Assembly: GCF_002105155.1 (NCBI RefSeq)
Contig: NW_019028979.1
Span: 558,001-622,000 of the forward strand
DNA: 64,000 bases
Reading direction: 5' to 3'
Origin: Lobosporangium transversale
Lineage: Eukaryota
Shown: positions 36,398 to 49,900 of the stretch, piece by piece
How positions within the stretch are numbered: position 1 is the first letter of the stretch
Layout of the letters: every line of letters begins with the position of its first letter
Notes under the pieces: model-generated
What the model saw: only the letters and a program-made list of their open reading frames with translations
Told to the model about the DNA's origin: nothing
The model's database searches: none
Made by a program: the position numbers and the translations under genes

Positions 36398-39317
36398 ATG
36401 CCACTACTTAACGTCTCCCGTCCACCTATGGTCTCATTAGTGGCTACTAGCCCCTTGCCAAACCTCAACCAATCCGCAGAGAACTCACCACTGCCATCGC
36501 CTGAGCTTTCACCGCTTAAATCAGTCATAGAGCTGCCACCTGCCATTTCAATCATGGACAAGGGTCAGGCAGAGCTTCCATCGTTGCCTGTCCCTCCTCT
36601 AAACCAAACGCTTGACAGGTATCTGGAAACAGTGCGTCCGCTGGCCACTGATCAAGAGTATGAAAACACTGTCGCCGCAGTGAAGGCATTTAAAGGAGAG
36701 TTTGAGGAGAAATCTGAACAGGGAAGGGACCTTGACCGTCGTTTGCGAGAACATGCTCGACAATGCGAGGCTCGTGGAACAAGCTGGCTTGCAGAGTGGT
36801 GGGACGATTGGGCATATTTTTCTCACCGAGATTCGTCCACATTCTTTGTCAACTATTACTTTGGTTTTCAAGATGATCCACGCATGCCCACTCAGACTGC
36901 ACGCGCCGCGCTACTGGTCAGCCTGGCCCTCGAATTCCGTCAATTAATTGCAACGTAAGTGCTAACGAAAGTTTCCCTTCATTGATATTCATCAAACTTT
37001 TTTCCTACAAAATACATGTATACTTGCAGACCTATAGAGCATTGGACAAAGATGTTTTGTTCTTGTTTCGGTGCTCAGCGTTTTTTTTTTTTTTTTTTTT
37101 TTTCGTTGTTGTTGTCGACTGCACGCGCTCATTCCTTTTTGGGATTTCCGGAATCCGCCTTGATTTTCATTATCAGTTGTGTTGTACGAAATGTGCGCGG
37201 TCCTTTTTTCTATATCGTCAACATCATAAAAATGTACTTTTTACAGATCGTTAAACTTTAACACTAACCTTCTATTTGACACGACCATCAATGCCTCATA
37301 TAGACGCACACTCACCCCGGATATGGCGAGGAATTCACCTTTTTGTATGAATATGTATCAGTACCTCTTCAATTACGCTCGCATAGCTGGTTCACCCGCA
37401 GACACTGCAGTAGGTTTCCCGTTCGAAACCAACAACCACATCTGTGTTGTCCGCAACGGCAAGTTTTATATTTTCGAAACGTTGCACCTACCCTCCAAGC
37501 CATCTTCTGTCCTTAGCCCACGTGAGATCATGATTCAATTGGAACGTATCAAAAAGATGGCAGACGACGACCATTCGACCGTGCCGAAAGTTGGCATCCT
37601 TTCGACAGGTCAGCGCGATCAAGCTGCTAAGGACAGAGTTACGCTCTTTGAAGCCCATACGTCAAATAAAGCTCATATGGCGAAGATTGAATCATCCATG
37701 TTTGTGCTTTGTTTGGACTCAAGCTCCCCCACGACACCAGAAGAGTTTTCAAGAGCCTGCTGGCATGGCGATGGCGAAAGCCGATGGTTTGATAAATGTT
37801 TTCAATTGATTGTCTTTGCCAACGGCCGCGCTGGGATGAATGGAGAGCACTCCAAGATGGATGCCACACCTACATCTCGACTCTGCCGTTTTTTAATCGA
37901 TGAAGCTCAAGCCCGCAACCTCCCTGACTTTAGGAACCTGAATGCAGAGGATTTATATGAGTGCGCCTCGGCCTTGGACAAGCCTCAGCCTCTCAAGTTT
38001 GTGTCAAGCCCTGCGCTCGATCGAGCTATTGCAGATGCATTTACATACTTCAAAAAGACTGTGGAAGCACATGAGATGGTGCCTACTGAATTCAAGGGAT
38101 ATGGCAAGGGCTTGATCAAGGCCTTCAAAATGTCGCCTGATGCCTATGTTCAGATGGCGTTCCAACTTGCATACTATCGTAAACATGGCGAACTGGTGGG
38201 GACCTATGAATCAGCTGCAACCCGCAAGTATCGCCACGGACGCACAGAGACTGCACGCTCATGCTCTATCGAAAGCAAAGCCTTCTGTGAAGCCATGGTG
38301 GACCCTGACAAGAGCCTTAAAGAGAAGGCCGCTGCCTGTCGTGCAGCTGTGGCTCGTCACGCCCAGTACACTGCGTGGGCAGTGGATGGGCAAGCAGTGG
38401 ACCGTCACTTACTGGGTTTGCGTTTGATTCGAAAGCCTGATGAGCCTGTGCCAACCTTATTTTCGGATCCTGTATTTGCGAGAAGCTGCCGTTGGAGATT
38501 GTCCACTTCACAAATTTCAGACGATTGTTTTATTGCATATGGTTGGGGCGAGGTAGTTCCAGATGGATATGGCTGCGCTTACATGGTCAAAGAAAGAGAG
38601 CTTTACTTTTGTGTGACAAGTCTTGGTCTTGGATCAAAAGAGTTTGGGGATTATATTGTAGAAGCGCTTGAAGAAATGCGCTTCATGTTTGAAGAGGTTC
38701 GCAAAATTGAAAAGGCCGAGGCTGCTGAGGCCGCCTTGGCAGCAGCAGCCGCGGAGGCAGAGCGTCTTGCGGCAGAGGCAGCTATCAAAGCCAGTCAGGC
38801 TGATCAAGCTGAAGCCGCAGTTACAGCAGTGGCGGCTGCTGGCCCTTTGATCTCACGTAGCCCATCACCACCATCTCCATCTGCACCTGCGCCCCGAACC
38901 AGTTTGTTTTTCCAAAAGAATGACCCTGTACTTCGCACGGCACTTGCGCGCAATGCGATGGCGACGGCACAGGAGAAGTACTGGTCTGGCATTGATGATA
39001 TTGCGTTTGATGACGTGACCCCTGGATCACCGAAATTGAAGACTCGTCCAATGCAGCCTCCTCCCAGCTCAATGACCTTATCGGGCTCATCGGCGTCCCT
39101 TCTATCATCCACTTCCTCAATATCGTCACCATCTTACGCTAATGGAACCCGTTCCCGATCTTCAAGTCAACAGAGTGGAGTACGTCCTCGCAGTGATTCT
39201 GGAGCGCAAAAGAAGACGTTCCTAGCCATCCTGATGGGCGAGGATAGTGTATTGCGCAAACTCCGGACACGGCGAGGGTCTAATCTGGGTAGTAGGAATA
39301 ATACATCTACAAATTAG
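36398..39317 (+). CDS. Carnitine O-acetyltransferase (choline/carnitine acyltransferase family), 2 exons
   Basis: LPSLPVPPLNQTLDRYL, SWLAEWW, RWFDK, GEHSKMDATP (catalytic His), TYESAATRKYRHGRTET, LSTSQ, GWGEVVPDGYG; intron 36955-37303. Confidence 0.93.
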
Positions 39318-39406
39318 AATTTAGAGTACATGTAGGGCTTTTGAAGTTGGAATATTCAAAACATAAAAATATATATATAAAATCGGATGATAGTTTGTTT
39401 TAAATC

Positions 39407-39469
39407 TGGGCTTTTGCATTCCACGTTGACAGTTCTGCATCTTGGGCTTTTGCATTTCACGTTGACAGT
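39407..39469. repeat. Short direct duplication (27-bp unit, period 36)
   Basis: TGGGCTTTTGCATT(C/T)CACGTTGACAGT occurs twice. Confidence 0.8.
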
Positions 39470-39727
39470 AAGCTCCTAAACAATACATTATTGGTGGAAC
39501 GGTATGTATTGTGCTCACATACATGCATGTCCCGATCAGAATATCGTCTTCCGCCCCGCGCCTCAATTTTTTTCATCAGAAGGTTTGTAGCTTTCGGTAC
39601 CCCGCTCTCGATTGCCGTTGTTGATCAAATGGGTATAAAAACCGTTGGACTTACTTTTAAAAATAAAAATAAAACCCTTCTCCAACAACAACAACAACAC
39701 TATTCTGTTTTTCTTTTTACTTTCACC

Positions 39728-40177
39728 ATGTTCTCCTCCTCTTCTCACTCAAGCAAGCCGACTGGCTCGACCCACTTTGGCCTCAAGACGTTTCTCAAGG
39801 CAGCGGCGACCTTTTTGGTACTTTCTCAGGCCGCCATGCAGGCTCAAGCTGGAGCATGCGAGTCCATCAGGCTGGATATTATGACCGACTGGACGTCAGA
39901 TACACAGGTGAAGCCTGGGTACATTGCACAGTTCTGGGAAAGCCCTGAATACCGTACGGCATTAAGTGGTAGACTCGGTGTGTATGAATGGTCACAGGAC
40001 CGCAAGTTGATGCTCTTTGTCAACCTCAAGATGAACGATCCAAAGAAGCATTCGTATGGGGTGGTGAATATCAATTTGGAGTACAAGGGTCGTCCTTATG
40101 GTTTTGATGTGCCCAGTCAGACCACTTTCAATGGCAACGGACGTGTTGATAGATTTGACGGTTGCGTCCCTTTATAA
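39728..40177 (+). CDS. Small putatively secreted protein (149 aa), intronless, function unknown
   Basis: CACCATG context, upstream TATAAAA, signal-like segment FLKAAATFLVLSQAAMQAQA, and two Cys at the ends of the mature chain. Confidence 0.7.
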   Translation: MFSSSSHSSKPTGSTHFGLKTFLKAAATFLVLSQAAMQAQAGACESIRLDIMTDWTSDTQVKPGYIAQFWESPEYRTALSGRLGVYEWSQDRKLMLFVNLKMNDPKKHSYGVVNINLEYKGRPYGFDVPSQTTFNGNGRVDRFDGCVPL

Positions 40178-41228
40178 TCAAGTGATCACTTGGAGAGGAA
40201 ATAAGTGAGGAGGATTTAACGACTATAATTCAACACAGTTGCATGTTTAAAAAAAAAGTGACTCCTTTGCGCCTTTTTCTTCCCTTGCATTTGTCTCCTC
40301 ATCTTTTACTCTTTCCAATCCTTTTGCCTTCCTTTCTCTATTGGTTGTCAGTATTAAAATTTAAATATATTTATATAGACAAATATGCTATTGGAATAAA
40401 ATGTATTCTGCGAACTGTATAAATACTTGGGATCTTTTTCTTTTCTATTCTCCTTGATGAATTAGGCTGGGGTCCTTGTAAAAATATGTAAAAAGCATAT
40501 ATATATAATTATAATCTCGACAAATAAAGCAGCTTGACTGATATTAGCAAGGTTGTTCTGCGAACGTTAAAAGAAATATGTAAAAAGAAAAAGAAAGAAA
40601 AAAAAGACTTCTCCCTCAATGTTTCAATGAAAGCATTCGGGTCGTGTCGTGTTGCCAAGTCATACAAGTCAAGTTGTGGAAAATAAAAAATTGATAGTCT
40701 GCTTTTTTACCTTCACCTAGCCACCTCACCATCCTTATTTATTATTGTCCCATCCATCCAATCCCTATTCTCATCACATCCTTTTTTTTTTTTTTTTTTT
40801 TTCTTCTTCCTCTTTTTTTTCTCTTTCTCTTTCTCCTTCTCTCTTTCTGATCTCCGCTTCATCGCTTCATCTCTTATCCTCTCTCGTCCCATCCCTTTCT
40901 CTCATCTGATTCTTTGCTTGATTGCCTGACACGCGTAGCAGAGCATTATTTTTATTACATTACACTATATTATTTTTATAATATTATATTTTAATATATT
41001 ATTCACACTTCTACTGTATTCTCTGCTCTAATCGTCTGGTCCCCCCCCTTTTTTTTTCTTCCTTTCTTTTTATCTTATTTTATTTCTTCGGGTCTCTTAC
41101 CCAACGTCAGCAGAGAAAAGAAAAAAAAAAAAGAAAAAAAAAAAAAAGATTATAAAAAAAGTAGCAATACATTCTATACATTCCTAAAGGATTCTTTCCT
41201 TGTGCCTGATTCTGTTCCCAGACTCGCC

Positions 41229-43917
41229 ATGGATCAATCCTCTACCGCAGCGGCTGTCACGACATCAGCAAGCACGCCTGCAACAGCTGTTAGAACACCA
41301 ACCCTGGCAACAGCGAGTTTAAAAGCAGGTTCTATTCATAACAACAACACTAGTTCAGGCAATCTTCACAGTATCATGCCCGGCATCTCAACCTCGACCG
41401 ATCTCGGCACAACCATTCCTTCCTTCGCTGCTGCCCGTCGTGCAAGAGCTGATACTTTACCTTCTCGACCTTCATCTTTACTACAGGATAGTTCGTCTCA
41501 AGGCCTTGCTGGAACTAATGCCTTCTCTCTTGGAAAGGTGCCCCCGGGTGTACAGAGACCCCTCCGAAGGACTCCTAGCCTGCTGGTACCCCCGCAATTA
41601 TCGACACGTCATCGATCTGGGTCCTTAACCTTACCCTCCGCCTCTATATCTGCAGCTTTCGGGCCATCCATCTTTACATCTTCCTGGGGTGATCCTGATT
41701 CTCCTAATGGTGATCGTCCAGCGACTACGCCAACTACTCGCGAGATGCTCTTTGACTCTGAAAACGAAAACGCAATCATGAGCACATTAGACGCACTTGG
41801 CTTGGATGATCCTGTTCAATCTAGTACCGGCACTAGTTCCGCCAACAGCATGGGCATGGGTATAGGTATGGGCTTGGGCAAGACTGGCAGTGCCACTGTT
41901 AATACCAACAACAGTAGCAGCAGCAGTCTGAACAATAATATTGCCCCCGGTATCAGCGCCAATCACCGTGTTGGTGTCGATTTGCGCAGTCGATCTGCCT
42001 CGTTTGCCTCCTCTGCTCTTTCCCACCTGGAACTTGGTTCAAGTCGCGGATCTCCCTCCTCCAGCTCATCTCCTTTAGCTCTAGGTGCCCTTACAAGTCG
42101 AAGTGGCAGTATTAATAGTCTGAATGGCATTAATGGCATTAGCGGTATCAGCAATATCAACGGCATCAACGGCATGAATAACATTAGCAGCATGAACAGC
42201 ATCAACAGCATCGGTAATATCAACTCTATCAAAAGCGGCTCTAACTCTTCTGTCAATGCCGTTAGTAATAGCAGCAGCACTACCACAACCTCCAATAGTA
42301 GTAGTACTAGTATTGGCAGCTCTGGGCTGCCCATGCATGATATCCGCCTTGAAAAATCCCTTGCACACTCCTTATTGATGCCTAATAGCGTGAGCTTTTC
42401 CAATCGCATCAGGTCGTACTCTGTATCAGCCACAGCAGCGTATCAGGAAGTTCTTGAAGACGAACATGAAGATGATATTGGTCTCTTAAACTCGAACGCC
42501 AGCTCGCACTCATCTGGTGCCTCTGGTATTTATCCCACTGGCGCTGGCGGCGTCCATCAATTTCAGACGCTCCAACAAACACACTCGCGTCCTAGGGCCA
42601 TCAGTATGGGTTTTCTGGAGATGCCACATGATATTGTAGAGGAACAGCGCAAGTTTGCTAATGCTGGCCCTCGTAGCTACAGTGATATGAAGGCTCGCCA
42701 GACGCACCAGCGCACGACAAGTGCTGGTGCTGACATGCTTTCTGAGATTGTCAATGGCCATCTACCAACCACGGACAAGAATGGGGTCTCAAATGGCAAC
42801 ATATCGAGTGGATCAGCGTTGGTACATGGACACTCACATTCCTTGTCGCTTAATTATAGCAGTCAGCTTCATGCACAGCAACAGCAGCAACAACAACAGC
42901 AGCACACGTCAACACAGCGACCAGGACATCAGCATAGCAACAGCTTTGGTGGACGTAGCCTTGCGGACGATGTTGCTTTCGGTCATGTTCATGGCCTTGG
43001 CAACAGCGGGTCCAACCTTAGTCTTACCAATGGAGCTGATCCTCACCAGGTACTGATGGTTTGTTTATTTGGGTGCATGCATTATTTATGTGTGATTGAG
43101 ATAGTGGGAAACATAATATCGTTCACGATCTGTGACGATGGATGGTAAAGATTTTTTCTTTTTTTCTTTTCTGCTATGTGAGTGAAAGTAGAGATAGAAG
43201 GTTGAGATTTTTTTGGAGACGATGCGGGCGAGTGGAATAGGGAAGGATGATGACCATGCGTCAACATTTTATACTATGGATTGATTGATTTGATTTTTTT
43301 TTTTTTTTATATGCAACTCTATTTGGAGAAAGGAAAGAGAGGCAGCAGATACATTTGACACGTTTACTTTCTCTTACCCTTCCTTTCCTTCTTCCTCTTC
43401 ATAAGTCGTAAATGTATAATATCCTTTTCACTAATTCATGTCTTTTTTCCCTCCTTACTCTCATGTCGAGGATATCCAGACTCTTACTGGCACAGCAACA
43501 CCACCCTTCATAGAACAAGGCATCACCTCCAACTCAGCCACGGCGATCACTCAACAGGTTCCCACTCGTTCGCTCTGGATCGGAAATATTGATCCTAGTT
43601 TTACAAGTAATGATCTCATGCAAGTTTTCAGTCCCTTCGGACCTGTTGAGTCTCTCAAGGTGATCCCTGACAAGGAGTGTGCCTTCATCAACTTCACGCG
43701 TGTCGAAGACGCTATGCGAGCTAAAGAGGACATTTCTGAGCGTCGCGGAGGACGTATCGGGAATACTACTGTTCGTGTTGGCTATGGCAAGGCAGAGCTA
43801 ATGGTCAATGCCGACGCACCAGTATCGCATCCTACCCGCGCACTTTGTAAGTTCAATGAGGTTTATAAAATCAATGACCAATTCCTTTTTATTTTCTTTT
43901 CGGTTGTGTCTTTAAGG

Positions 43918-43951
<34 letters not shown>

Positions 43952-44803
43952 AGAATGTAAGCTCATTTTGTTTCCTTTTCTCTTCATTTTTCTATCATGA
44001 ACTTATCTAGGGATCGGTAATATTCCTTCGTCTACCACACCAGCGATGCTACATGCTATGTTTGCTAACTTTGGAGCAATTGAGTCAGCCAGAGTTTTGA
44101 CGCACAAGTCATGTGGCTTTATCAATTTTGAAAACATGGAGGACGCCGTCGTTGCCAAAAAGGTCACGCATGGACAAGAGATCTTTGGCCCTGGTACAGG
44201 AGCTGTAAGGATTGGATTTGCCAAAGTCCCTGCTAAACAGTCTCCCACTGATAGTCCTTCGCTGGGTCATGGTGATCCTTTGGATGGAGTTGGAGAGGGC
44301 AGATCGAGCTCGACGACCAACAGTAAGTCGGCGAAGCAGGATTTCGATGGACCCACTGAGCTAGATCGCATGCTTTCCTTGATAAATATCAATAACAAAG
44401 GCCAATCCTCAACCAGTGCTGTGGATCGAGAAGCAGCGTCTGAAGACCCTGCCATGGAGCGTCAGGCCATGTTGCGCGAATTTAGTGATGGGGAGCCAGA
44501 TCCGGTATTGTCCGAGCCTATCCCTGCTTCTTTGACAGAACCTATCGTCTATTTTACTTCAATTCCACCTGTGGCGGAGCCCTCACCTCACCGTCGGCTA
44601 GATGCTCCGAGATTGAGAGAAATTCGTAAACGACTGGATAGTGGACATTGCACACAAAAGGAACTGGATAATCTCTCGAATGAATGCATAGACGAGTGTG
44701 TTGAACTTTGCAGTGGTATGTACCCGTATCCATGACCGTGTTATATTGCTGCAGGCACAACTCAAGTTCTTTGGAACATTACCGTATTGTTCGATGTATC
44801 TAA

Positions 44804-44841
<38 letters not shown>

Positions 44842-46464
44842 TTATTTTTATTTTTTTTCTTAAAAAAAATAGACTATATTGGCAACACTGTTATCCAAAA
44901 GCTTTTTGAGCGTTGTTCAGAGTCTCAAAAGACAAAAATGCTCGAGCTGATTGCTCCTCATCTAGCATCGATCGGTGTCCACAAGAATGGTACTTGGGCA
45001 GCTCAAAAAATCATTGATTGTGCCAAGAGTCCTGCGCAAACAGAGCTTATCTGTAAACATGTTCGTCCATACACACCTCCTCTTCTTTTGGACCAATTTG
45101 GAAACTATGTCGTACAATGTTGTCTGCGTCTTGGACAGTCAAGAAATGGGTTTATTTTTGAGGCTATGGCTGACAAATTTTGGGAGATTGCACAGGGTCG
45201 CTTTGGTGCTCGTGCTATGAGAGCTTCCCTCGAGAGCCAGCACGCCACTAAACAGCAGCAGGTACATGTTTACACGATAATTCCGTACTAATTTTTTGTT
45301 TTTTATTTTTATTTTCTTGATGAAAAATATGGCTTGTGGCTAACGTAGCACTCTAAAACGTTGGGTTCCTGATACTAGAAACATGTCGCAGTTGCAGTCG
45401 TTCAGAATGCGTTGGCCCTCGCTACAAACCCCAATGGAACACTGATGCTCACTTGGCTTTTGGACAACTCACAGCTGCCTGGTCGATACCGTGTTCTTGC
45501 ACCTCGACTTGTACCACACATGGTGACATTGGCGACTCACAAGCTAGCGTCTCTCACGATCCTCAAGGTCATTAACCAACGACAAGAGCTGGATGCAAGC
45601 GACATCATGATTAACAGTATTGTCAACTCAAACCAGGACCAGGTCTTGGTAGAGATCTTAGGGGATCAAGTGCATGGTGTTAGTCTGATCCAAAAGATTT
45701 TGGCATCGCCCAATGTAGAACAACAGCAGAAGCACGTGTTGGCAGAAAAAGTCAAGGCCGTGCTTTCATCAAAACTGAACACCCAAAGTATGCAGGGATG
45801 CAAGCGTCTATTAGAGGAGGTTAATATGATCTTGGGAGGAGACTATTCGCCAACAGAACAGGCGAAGCTGACACCAGGATCCACTGGATATTCATCTGCA
45901 GAATTCTCAGGTTCAGCAACCAACTTTTATACAGGTATGGGTAACCATCATCTTCAATCTCTCGCCATGCCATCCGATACCTCCACCAGTGTCGACTCGA
46001 GTTCGGCTCTTAACACGGAAGGACAAGAGAGTGTCCATTCTGGAACTTCTACAGCCCCTGTGACATCTGGATCAGCTCATATGTCATCTTCGGCCATGAC
46101 ACATGCCAGTGGATTCTCAGTTCAACATAGTCCATATTATACTATGCCTCATGGACAGCTCTATGGACATTATCCAGGCCAAATGTCACCCTATTACGGC
46201 CCTGGTGCATACATCCCGCAGCATGTACCATCCATGGGATTCGGAGGCATAATTCCACAGGGAGGATTCAGTCCTTATGTGCCCATGCCTCCTCCAGGGA
46301 TAGGTGCTGGTATGCACGGAGACGCCTCACAACTTAATGGATCGCCCATGTATTTACAGCAACAGCAACAACAACAAATTTATCACATGCAACAGCAACA
46401 ACATTTCCAGCAACAACAACAACAGCAGCAGCAGCAGCAGCAGCAACAACAACAACAGCAATAA
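41229..46464 (+). CDS. JSN1: Jsn1/Puf1-like RNA-binding protein (2 RRM + Pumilio repeats, polyQ tail), ~5 exons
   Basis: RRMs PTRSLWIGNI..KECAFINF and PTRALWIGNI..KSCGFINF; Pumilio repeats DYIGNTVIQKLFE, HKNGTWAAQKII, DQFGNYVVQCCL; RRARADTLPS motif. Confidence 0.88.
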
Positions 46465-46646
46465 TATCACCTATAATAGCAGTCACTATAGGAAACACGT
46501 GCTTTACTCCGTATATATTTAACTGTCCTTCTTCTGATTCCCTTTTGCTTTCGATGTTATTTGATCTTTTTTTTTTACTAGACAAAGTTTAATTTTCTGT
46601 CATTCTTTTTATACTTTTTTAAGACACTGTTATTATTGAGGCTCGC

Positions 46647-46680
46647 GTTTGTTTGTTTGTTTGTTTGTTTGTTTGTTTGT
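46647..46680. repeat. (GTTT)n microsatellite
   Basis: About 8 perfect copies visible. Confidence 0.9.
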
Positions 46681-46939
46681 CTCAAGTTGTACACTATTAT
46701 TGAACAATACTCCCGCTCCATTTTTAAGCACACTAAGACACCAGGAATGTCAGAAATGAAATCAGAGAATTCAGAAGAGCTTCATATATTTACCAGATGA
46801 CAGCTAATAAAGAATGTCAAATTCCATGTGTTTTATGTTTCGTCTAGTTCGTTTGATCGATTTGATGGCTAATTCTTAAAGTTTACCATTCATGACGACC
46901 AATTTATTCAAAATAAAACAAACTAAATACTTCATTAGA

Positions 46940-49900
46940 TTATTCTTGTGATGCAGTGCATGCAACAGTAAGCCGTTCCAACAGCTCTATTGCTCGGTCA
47001 TTTGTTTTGCACTGAATAATCTCTTGTAACCGAGACAACAAGCGTTGTTGAACATCCTGATCATTGGCAGATCCATGCTCTTTTTGCTCTCGTTGTCGTT
47101 GTCTGGACTTGACTCGATCCTCTAAAATCGCTTCCAACTCCTTTGACTTGACTTTGGCTTTCTTGATTAGTGAAAAGGGTAATTTGGCCATTCGAGCTAC
47201 GTTTAATCTTTTTTTTTTTTTTTTTTTTAACAAAAAAAAAAGTCATCTTAGTTCAATGCTCAATATTAAAGTACCTTATTTGATCAAATGACTACAAATG
47301 GCACTTACCCATAGCTCTTTAATGACACCCCAGGAACCAGTTTGTATAAAAAGACAATATCCATGTCATCCAAAGCTGCACTTGATTCCGAAGCTATTCC
47401 TTCTTCTGCCAAATCTGTCTCTGTGGCGGTACAGGAGCCAGAAGCAGCACCGCTAGCCGATGCCATGAATCCCATATGATAGTTCCTAACAGTGCCCTCC
47501 GCAAACTCAGTGGCCACATCTGCAAGAGATGGATAATGAGTCACAAACAACGTAATGGACCCTACATGGCTGACTACATGCTTCAAAACTGCATAAGCAA
47601 TCGCAACTCCATCTAACGTTGATGTCCCTCGTCCGAGTTCATCCAAAATCACCAACGATCGAGGCGTCGCCATCTTAAGGATATCGGATGTTTCCTGTAG
47701 CTCAACCATGAATGTACTTTCGTGACCAAAAATGTTGTCAGACGCACCCATTCTCGTAAACACTGCATCTAGTAGCGAAACACGCGCAGAATCTGCTGGC
47801 AAGTATGATCCGATCTGGGCCATAATGCATAAAAGCGCCACTTGTCGGATATAGCAACTCTTACCGCCCATATTCGGTCCTGTGAGGATCATTGCCTTTT
47901 GATCGACCCCACTAGATGGATTCCTGCCAAAATGGATATCGTTGGGTACAAAAGTCCCAAAGGGTAGCATTTGTTCCACCATAGGATGGCGCCCATTCTT
48001 GATGTCAATTGTTGCTTTTGTGGCGCGTCTCTTCGGAGACTGTAATTGTAAGTCCAAAGTTGATCCTGTAAAATCATCAGTATCAACATCCATACGCTGA
48101 GGACTACTATGAGCGTCATTGTCTTGAGCATCATCAGGAAGGCTGTCGTCTACGTACTCTGGTTTTACGTAACCAGGAAGGCAGGCCACAACAGCCAATG
48201 AGAATAAACAATCCAATATCGCCAAATTCTGAACCAAATCGCGGAACACCTCATAACGCTCTGAAAACTCTTGTTGAAAAGCCATAAAAGCCTGATCGCA
48301 GGTAAGAATCAGCCTCTCTTGATGCTGTGCCTTCTCCTGAATTAATTGGATTGTCTCAGGCGTATGGAACCGAGAAACTTGCTTTGTCCTAAATAGACCA
48401 GTGTGGTACAGATTGAATGGAAGAGGGAACTGAGACATCAGAATTATAAAAAGTGTTGGGGTTGGCCATTTTGTTTAGAGGCAATCAGGCTAAATTACCC
48501 ACTAATTTTGACCCAAGATTTTGGCACTTTGGCCACGTCCTTGTTCTTGACTTCAACTAAATAATCGATGCCTGAACAAGAAGTAAATTCAAGTTTTGGT
48601 TCTCGCAATTGCTTTCGGATAGTATTCAAATGGATCGCTAAATCTCCTTCGGTTGTAACAATGTTCTACAATATTCATAAATCGACTCCCTGTTAACTCT
48701 CTATATGGATCCACCATTGCGACGCCTTTACTTTGATAAATAAATCAGAACATCACTTACGTTCCTATGCTCCTGTATATCTGGCCACTTCTCCGCTATC
48801 ACCTCATCTTGGAACATTAAAAGTTTATCATTTTTCCTAGCTGCCTCCACATTTAAAGCATTTAAAAAATATTGACTGTCCTCAGCAGCATTCGCCAATG
48901 ATCCAATCAAGTTTCTCAACATCGGACTTGTCAAATTAAAGTCTGCAGGTGATTTTGATCGTTGGCTTGGAGGAATCACTTCTGCGACCTTCATGAACGT
49001 CTGAATAATCGCTAAAAATTCTTTTGGTGACGACTAAGTAGACAAAAGGTGGTATGTTTTGAAAATAGTGAAGAAACACTGTTAGACTCAAGTTCGATCT
49101 AATGTGGATTTAGAAAGACGTTTCAATAAAACAAATCCTCGTTAATATCCACCTTGCCATAATGGATGCGGCAGACACCCTTTTCCAAATCCATGAGACC
49201 TTTGAGCATGATTTTTGCATCCTCCAGGTACGGGTTTTTTCCTGCGGAAGCCAGTATCTCTTCTACAGCATCAACTCTTTCCTGAAGCGGCTCTCTATTA
49301 GTTAGCGGTTTACCAATCCATTTTTTGAGTAGCCGTCGCCCGAACCCCGTATAAGTGTGGTCCATGATTGCAAAAAGGGATCCTCGTGTTGACCAGTCTG
49401 TTTGATTTCGATATATTTCGAGGTTGGCAATTGTATTTCCATTAAGAAGCATATGCGACCTTGAGGTGAAGCATTCAAAATACTTGGATAGCCGAAAAAC
49501 AGGAGCTAGTCCAAACTCTGCTAGATGAGTAATCATTGCAGACAATGCGATTATAAGGTTTCGCGGGAGCCCCAAGACTGTTTTGAGTATCGTTTCCATC
49601 TGACTCTTTCTGGTCGACCCTTGGTGTCCAATTTTTGATTGTTCATCTTTCAGATTTAAGGAATAAAACTCAGATACCGTTGAAAACGCTTTGTCGTATT
49701 TGACAAATCCCTGCGTTCTCTCAACCCGAACATCGTCTTGGTTCCTTGTCGTCCCTATCCGACGCTGTGATGAACCTGTGAGGTAACCGAGAAGCTTCTC
49801 TGTTGCTTTACTCATTGATTCCATTGGAATAATTAGCTCCGAGGGTTGAATATGAAGCAACCGAGTCTCAAGTTCATTCCTAAAGTGGCCATCCAAAAAT

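Noticed and set aside
39491..39727. N-terminal extension of the 228-aa ORF
   Set aside because: It starts at a non-ATG codon and spans the TATA box and AT-rich leader; the ATG at 39728 is the plausible start.
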